A stretch of DNA of 42,086 nucleotides from an uncultured virus (IMG/VR IMGVR_UViG_3300028559_000007) (Duplodnaviria > Heunggongvirae > Uroviricota > Caudoviricetes): the IMG/VR virus record IMGVR_UViG_3300028559_000007, one strand, 5' to 3'. Under the pieces are notes generated by a model. That model had not been told where the DNA came from and did not search any database. It worked only from the letters and a program-made list of their open reading frames with translations. The position numbers and the translations under genes were made by a program. Position 1 is the stretch's first letter. Each line of letters begins with the position of its first letter. Positions 36,188 through 42,086 of this stretch are shown piece after piece.

Positions 36188-36736
36188 TCATTTTAATTTT
36201 GGATTACCAAATAAAGACTCCGTTACAAATGTTCCATCCATTAAACTCCTTTCATATTGACCATTATGTGACATACTAAATTCAGAATGTGGAAATAAAT
36301 CCCTAAGTAAATCTAAATCAGTTACCCTCTTTACTCCCCTTCTTAATAACAATTCTTCCAATTTTCCAGATGCTTCAATCCAAGTTCCAGACTCTTCCAA
36401 CATACTAACCATCTTCTCAATTACATGAGATTTAGAATGCCTATCACCATTATGTCCTATTCCCTGTATCTTTCTACCAAACCAATTCTCATTTGTTCTA
36501 CTACCTCTAAAGAATATACAAGCATCAATACCAGGTAATTTACTAAAATCAATCACAAACCAATCACTCTTAATAACATCCCTAATACTATTAACAAAAG
36601 AACCCATTGTAGAATTTTTATATGCGTTCTTAACTAAATGTACTAACTTCTCTCCTTCTTGAATCTTATCAGGGTTAGATAACAAAAGCTCCCATTGATT
36701 CTTTTTATAAAGCTCATATAATTTTAAATATTTCAT
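36188..36736 (-). CDS. Putative capsid-internal protein (CTS-like)
   Basis: MKYLKLYE; TATATATA upstream. Confidence 0.75.
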   Translation of the reverse strand: MKYLKLYELYKKNQWELLLSNPDKIQEGEKLVHLVKNAYKNSTMGSFVNSIRDVIKSDWFVIDFSKLPGIDACIFFRGSRTNENWFGRKIQGIGHNGDRHSKSHVIEKMVSMLEESGTWIEASGKLEELLLRRGVKRVTDLDLLRDLFPHSEFSMSHNGQYERSLMDGTFVTESLFGNPKLK

Positions 36737-36758
36737 ATTATTATATATAAAAAATTAT

Positions 36759-36959
36759 TTATAAAATCCTTTTTATCTCTTCATAATATTTCTTCCTAAC
36801 ATCATACATACTCCTTGATGGAAAATTAAAACCACTCTCATAATGAAGCTGGTATCTAGCAAAATCTAACCTCTCATAAATAGTTTCAGAATCATCAGAA
36901 AATACATATGATAAAAACATTTCTACTTCTTCTCTAGTCCATGGTGGATTTCTTTTCAT
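36759..36959 (-). CDS. Small Myb/SANT-like helical protein
   Basis: PWTREE...RS...V.KKY pattern; tentative. Confidence 0.5.
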   Translation of the reverse strand: MKRNPPWTREEVEMFLSYVFSDDSETIYERLDFARYQLHYESGFNFPSRSMYDVRKKYYEEIKRIL

Positions 36960-37322
36960 AAATCTTATTTTATTTTTGCTTTACATTGTTTTATTGTTAT
37001 ATACAAATGATATATTTTTATATACGATTATATACTTGTATATACACTTGTTGTGAGGTAGGCTGGTATTACCTTTCACACTATCTATAAAATTTTTGAA
37101 ATTTCGACGATTTAGCATAAAATATTTGTAACTAGATCTGTATTATTTCATTTTCTTTTACATACATATAATGTCATTGACTCGAAATTATTTTTATGAG
37201 GATTTTACCTACTTTTTCAATAGTATCATTATCAAAGCATCAACCTTTCCACTTTCCAATCTTCCGAAGTTTTACTTTATCACCAGCTTTCATGTTTTAA
37301 TAATGTATTTCGTTTTCATCTT

Positions 37323-37955
37323 TTAATTATTTTCCATTCCTAAGATATCATTCAATAAATTTTCACGAATAAGTGTCTTATTAAATTTTAAATCATTAAT
37401 AGTTGGATACTCTTTTTGATGCCATTTAAGTAATTGACCGATTGTTTCAAATTTATCAAAAATAAAATTACCTGGTGATAGACTATGTGGAGTTATTAAT
37501 GTATCTCCTTCTAATTTAGATTGATATACTAAGTTTTCGGTATAGTTACCTTTTCTCTTACAATTAGGAAGCATTTGCCAAAATGGTAGAATGAATTAAA
37601 ATTAATATCCCAGTGATTAAATGCATTTCCTTTACTAATGTCATGGAAAAGTTCTTTTGTTATTTGGTATATGTGATATGAGTGCCAAGTATTTGAGTCT
37701 GGATATCTAATAGTACTTGGTTGATTTACGATGGAGTGTTCGAAGAAGAAGTATCTATTTTTGTCTTTAGTTATACCTGAGTGAATTTTACCAGCATATA
37801 TTTCTTGTAAATTAACGTCAAAGTCTTTATACATAATTGCGTTATCGTGATTAATTATGTCAAAGTCGTACTTACAGAACCCCTCCACAGGGGGCGATGG
37901 TAGTTTTTTCTCCTTTATCTAATAATTTATCGGTGGATATTTTTATATCATACAT
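37323..37955 (-). pseudogene. C-tagged gene broken in two places
   Basis: ATG at 37955; frame changes near 37890 and 37550; ends LIRENLLNDILGMENN*. Confidence 0.5.
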
Positions 37956-37982
37956 ATTGCTAATATAAGGAAAGTCTGATTC

Positions 37983-38333
37983 TTATTTGTCTTTCTTGTA
38001 AAAATATTTTGTGATTTCAATTTTTCCAACTATATTGTTATTAAATTCTTCTAGTTCTTCTGATACAATCCAGAGTTCATTATGAATTTTTCCACCAACA
38101 TTTTGAATTACAAACTTGCTTAAATATTCTGTGTTAACAGCAAACTTTGTCACGAAGCCTGAGCCTGATGCCGCAACATTCCAGTCTCTTGCAATTTGAA
38201 TTGCATATTCTTCATTCATCACTGGATAAAAGATTGGTTGTTGTTGAAGTCTCGGTGGAAATTTTGTCCATCCTGACTGCTCAATCAAATCGAGTTCTTT
38301 GGGTCCAACCGGTCTATATAGTATTGTTGTCAT
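37983..38333 (-). CDS. Small conserved protein usually annotated ADP-ribosylation/crystallin J1-like
   Basis: LYRPVG.KEL.LI..SGW..FPPRL..QPIFYPV.NE.YA.QIARDWN motif recognised. Confidence 0.7.
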   Translation of the reverse strand: MTTILYRPVGPKELDLIEQSGWTKFPPRLQQQPIFYPVMNEEYAIQIARDWNVAASGSGFVTKFAVNTEYLSKFVIQNVGGKIHNELWIVSEELEEFNNNIVGKIEITKYFYKKDK

Positions 38334-38391
38334 TATTTATTTGTTTGTTAAGTTATCTTACCAATCGCATACAAATCTTATTGTATCTAGG

Positions 38392-38673
38392 TTATAATCT
38401 ATTTAAGTATTGCTGGGTAGTATGGTCTTTTTTGTCCCAAAATTTTCCTGCAGTTTGTGCGTCACCATCAATTAATTTTTGGCACCACTCTTTGGAGTAT
38501 CTACTTGATAAAGTACCTTCTTGCCACATATCTATTCCGTCGAAGAATTCATCACCATCAAACTCAAAATCATTATTATCTATATAATCGTGAAAGTCTG
38601 ATGCGCTGGCAATGGGTTCTATAAATACTTTTTTCGGTGTTGATTCGTTTATTTTATTTGTAAATTTTTTCAT
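38392..38673 (-). CDS. Putative capsid-internal protein (CTS-like)
   Basis: MKKFTNKINES; AATATATA upstream. Confidence 0.7.
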   Translation of the reverse strand: MKKFTNKINESTPKKVFIEPIASASDFHDYIDNNDFEFDGDEFFDGIDMWQEGTLSSRYSKEWCQKLIDGDAQTAGKFWDKKDHTTQQYLNRL

Positions 38674-38872
38674 AACTTATATATTAGTTTTTTATGGTTA
38701 AGAACAATAATAGATATCCTATGAAGAATATAGTGAATAAGATATATTTATTCATATTAGGATATTTAGCTTTTACTATTATTGTTCCTAGTAGGCTTGT
38801 TAGTATATTTGCTATTATGAATATAATAAGTATTATTAATTTAGTTTCCATATGTAAATATAGTTATTATTT

Positions 38873-40438
38873 TTAAGAAAATGATATAAATCCATAATTA
38901 GGAAGTTGTGAACCAACATTCCAATTAAGTGTATTTGTTAAAGTACTACCAAATGACCAAATAGTTTGTCCTAGTGAACTATTAATTCTAGTTCCATCAA
39001 CGTAGACTATTGATTGAGTTGCTCCTTGGTCTAAAGTCCATATTGCTCGAACAGTAGCATCATTAGAGGTCATCGTGATTCTTTGTAAATTAGTTCCTAA
39101 AAGATTGACAGATGTTGTTGTTCTATAACTAACAGAGTTTTGTAATGTAATTGTTCCCGCAACAGAACATAATAGATTAGCACAAGTCCATCCAGCAGTA
39201 CCTGTAAAAACTGTAGTTCCGTTAAGTGTTAAGTTATTTGTTACAATTAAAGGTAAATTTATAGTGTTAGTACCGTTATTATTGAGTAAGAAAATAATAT
39301 TATACCAATTAATATTAGAAATATTAAGAGTATAAGTTGCAACTGTAGGTGAAGCAACCCCAAATGTAGTTGTAAACAATCCCGGATTTACTATTCCTGC
39401 TGTATGTGTAAAAGATTTACCAGCTCCTCCAAAAAAAGAATTACTCACAAAAGTATAAGAACCAGAAGTGTTGATTTCAAAATCAACATTTACTGAATTA
39501 CCTATTGTAAAATTAATATTACCAGAACCGATTAGCGAAACTATTCCAGTTCCTGTTAAATTAGCATTAGTTTGTGAAAAGGTAAAATTACCTCTGGCTT
39601 TTAATCTAAATCCAGCACTATTAAGAACGCAAGATGTACCACCATTAGCTCCCATAGTTACATTATTAAAATTAGCATCGCTAATTAAAGTAACATTTGT
39701 AGCAAAAGTTTGAAAATAGTTTGAGAATAATTGGTTTTGTAAATCTAAACTACAAGTTCCTAAAGTATTCAATTGACCTGATGCTGAAATAACTCCACTG
39801 ACATAGGTTAAAGAACCATTAATAATAGATAAATTAGATACAGTGGTTGTGTTGGCTCCTGAATCTATGCGAATTAAAGCAGAGCAGTTAACTCCACTTG
39901 CCAAAGTTCCCGTTCCAGTCATTCTAAAAGTAACTGTAGGTGCTGTTAAAACTTGAGATATCAACATACTACCTGTTAAAGTTATAGTTGATCCACCTGC
40001 GATTAATATAGGATTTCCTCCTATAAAGTTAGTGGTAAAAGAAGTGATGCTCCAATTATCATAAGTATGTGTAAACCCAGCAGTACCATTTGAATTATAA
40101 ATAATAGGTTGATTAAAAGCTAATCCATTAGCGGTAAAAGATGCTGTAACTGTGCTATTTATAGTAATTCCGGCAGAACCTGCTATTGTAACAGTAGTTC
40201 CTAAATTAACACCAGAACCTCTTATTGTTAGAGTATTGGTGAATGTAGCAGTTCCGGAATAACCTGTAAAGTCTAAATTAGTACAAGTTGCAGCAAATGT
40301 AATAGTTACATTCTTATTTCCATTAGCACCAGTGCCTGGAAATAAGGCATTTGTAGCCAAAGTTGGGGCTGAAAGTGTATCCCAGTTTGCTCCTTCACTC
40401 CAATTATTTGTAGATCCATTTCCTGTCCAAGTTGGCAT
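38873..40438 (-). CDS. G/S/T/N-rich beta-solenoid protein (virion fibre/adhesin-like)
   Basis: WTG...NWS...NW N-terminus, passenger-like beta repeats, few charged residues. Confidence 0.7.
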   Translation of the reverse strand: MPTWTGNGSTNNWSEGANWDTLSAPTLATNALFPGTGANGNKNVTITFAATCTNLDFTGYSGTATFTNTLTIRGSGVNLGTTVTIAGSAGITINSTVTASFTANGLAFNQPIIYNSNGTAGFTHTYDNWSITSFTTNFIGGNPILIAGGSTITLTGSMLISQVLTAPTVTFRMTGTGTLASGVNCSALIRIDSGANTTTVSNLSIINGSLTYVSGVISASGQLNTLGTCSLDLQNQLFSNYFQTFATNVTLISDANFNNVTMGANGGTSCVLNSAGFRLKARGNFTFSQTNANLTGTGIVSLIGSGNINFTIGNSVNVDFEINTSGSYTFVSNSFFGGAGKSFTHTAGIVNPGLFTTTFGVASPTVATYTLNISNINWYNIIFLLNNNGTNTINLPLIVTNNLTLNGTTVFTGTAGWTCANLLCSVAGTITLQNSVSYRTTTSVNLLGTNLQRITMTSNDATVRAIWTLDQGATQSIVYVDGTRINSSLGQTIWSFGSTLTNTLNWNVGSQLPNYGFISFS

Positions 40439-40453
40439 TATATTGTTTTATTT

Positions 40454-42086
40454 TTATCTAAAAATTATATATCCATAAGCTGGTGGTCTTGAACCAATAC
40501 CCCAGTTAATAGTATTTGTTAATGCCCCAGCAAATGACCAAATAGTTTGTCCTAAAGAACTGTCTATTCTAGTTCCATTAACGTATACTACTGACTGAGA
40601 AGCTCCTTGGTCTAGAGTCCAAATTGCTCGAATAGAACCACTATTTGAAATCATAGTAATTCTACTGGCATTTGTACCTAATAAATTAACTGATGTTGTT
40701 GTTCTATATCCAATGGAATTTTGCAATGTTATTGTGCTGCCGGTTGTTGAGCATATTAAATTAGTACAAGTCCAACCTGTAGTTCCATTAAATGTGCAAT
40801 TTGATAAAGTTAAATTTCCATTTATTACTAATACTGAGTTTATCGTAACAGTAGCAGTAGAAACCACTGTTATATTATTCCAAGAAGCTACAGAAGAATT
40901 TATAGTACAATTTCCTAGTGATAATGTAGCAGTATGATTAACTAATGAAGTACAAGTTATAACACCTCCTCCAGTATATGTAAAACTATTAGGAATACTT
41001 ACAATAGCTCCTCCTGTTTTTTCTATTGTGATTGAAGCTAAGGTATTAGTAGAACCGTTTATTCCTGTCCAAGTAGCTGCACTACCACCAACAAACCTAA
41101 GTCCAGCAGTTCCTGAGATATTATTTATAGCGTTAGCATTACCAGAAATTCGTAAGAAAAATCCAGAACCATTTATAATATCATTACTTGAAGCAGAACC
41201 AAACGTTACACAATATACATCTGATAAAAGTGTAAGGTTTCTGGCTACGCCACTTGAATTACTAATTATATTAAAAGAGTTTGTACTTCCATTCATATTG
41301 ATACTAGCCCCGAAATATACTAATGTAGAACCAGTTGCTGAAAAAGAACCTGAATTAGTTGGTAAATAAACAAATGAAGCATTGGTTAAATTCACAGTAC
41401 CAGCAAAAATAAATCCATTTGTTAAACAATTTACTTCACAAGTAAGATTAACTAAACTAAGTGAAGAATAAGTACAGCTACCTGAAAAACTACCAGTAAC
41501 TGTTATTTTTCTTCCTAACGTAGAATTTGATAAAGTCCCTCCACCACAATTTCTTCCAACTGTAATATCAAATGCTCCATTAAAAGGGCTTGTATTACTC
41601 ACAGAGAAATCTCTTAGTATATTAATATTAGAAAGCATAGTTACAATAGATGTCGTTCCAGCTACATTAAGTAAATCATAAAAAGAATTACTACCCATAT
41701 TAATACTTAGAGTACCATTACCTGGTGGTGTATTAACAGCAAATGTAGATGGGTTAAAAGTTCCTCCTGAAACATTAAAAATACTCCCAACAACAGCAGC
41801 AAAAGTCATTGCAGCTAACAATGTTAGTGTAGCTCCTGACGCTAATACTAAATTGACTTGAATGTTAGAAGTGCAAGAGTATGTAGAAATACCATTGATT
41901 GATACAGTTATGTTTGTATTAATTACTAAAGTACCCGCACTACCTTGAATACTACCATTGGTAATAATTATGGACATTGTACCTGAAACAGGATTAATGG
42001 TGCTTAAATTAGCCGCACCTTTACTCAAATTGGTAATATTTGTAGTTCTAGTTAAAGTTACAGTAATAGCATTTATTAATCGTAAA
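40454..42086 (-). CDS. Paralogous beta-solenoid fibre-like protein, 5'-truncated by the window edge
   Basis: Frame open to 42086; C-terminal ~110 aa highly similar to the neighbouring gene. Confidence 0.7.
   Translation of the reverse strand, partial: LRLINAITVTLTRTTNITNLSKGAANLSTINPVSGTMSIIITNGSIQGSAGTLVINTNITVSINGISTYSCTSNIQVNLVLASGATLTLLAAMTFAAVVGSIFNVSGGTFNPSTFAVNTPPGNGTLSINMGSNSFYDLLNVAGTTSIVTMLSNINILRDFSVSNTSPFNGAFDITVGRNCGGGTLSNSTLGRKITVTGSFSGSCTYSSLSLVNLTCEVNCLTNGFIFAGTVNLTNASFVYLPTNSGSFSATGSTLVYFGASINMNGSTNSFNIISNSSGVARNLTLLSDVYCVTFGSASSNDIINGSGFFLRISGNANAINNISGTAGLRFVGGSAATWTGINGSTNTLASITIEKTGGAIVSIPNSFTYTGGGVITCTSLVNHTATLSLGNCTINSSVASWNNITVVSTATVTINSVLVINGNLTLSNCTFNGTTGWTCTNLICSTTGSTITLQNSIGYRTTTSVNLLGTNASRITMISNSGSIRAIWTLDQGASQSVVYVNGTRIDSSLGQTIWSFAGALTNTINWGIGSRPPAYGYIIFR

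Noticed and set aside
38873..40800. Diversity-generating retroelement TR/VR pair
   Set aside because: Both similar segments are coding C-termini, differences are not confined to adenines, and there is no reverse transcriptase in the window
1187..41369. Antisense shadow ORFs (e.g. 1187, 4126, 5328, 6816, 15630, 20224, 21814, 25208, 27216, 27890, 29174, 33223, 33530, 33820, 38147, 39468, 40713, 41028)
   Set aside because: They lie opposite better-supported genes or RNAs and mostly show S/L/I/F-rich shadow composition

Overview
A very AT-rich, gene-dense segment of what is most likely a large (jumbo, T4-superfamily-like) lytic phage of a Bacteroidota host. The evidence is host-type TTTG...TAnnTTTG promoters, no Shine-Dalgarno sites, many short hypothetical ORFs, HNH endonucleases and tRNA-like genes. 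No capsid, terminase or polymerase gene lies in the window, so the phage call is inferred. Four things stand out. (1) The ORFs fall into two mutually exclusive tagged classes. About 20 carry an N-terminal MKx(L/Y)KxFxES peptide resembling the T4 capsid-targeting sequence and sit behind an (A/T)ATATATA late-type promoter. About 22 unrelated small proteins end in R(D/N)xK(L/I)xx(L/I) and mostly lie in host-promoter transcription units. (2) There is a rich non-coding RNA repertoire: one canonical tRNA-Met; six tRNA-like genes that keep acceptor, D and T arms but have lost or replaced the anticodon arm; several structured spacer RNAs; a ~210-nt rod-shaped RNA; and a ~930-nt highly structured GOLLD-like RNA. 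The last two carry rrn-style boxB-boxA antitermination leaders. (3) Several genes are broken by short inverted or foreign DNA patches, one resembling an IS91 transposase fragment. (4) Palindromic iteron-like repeats flank a local GC-skew switch. All calls were made by eye from the sequence; no searches were run.
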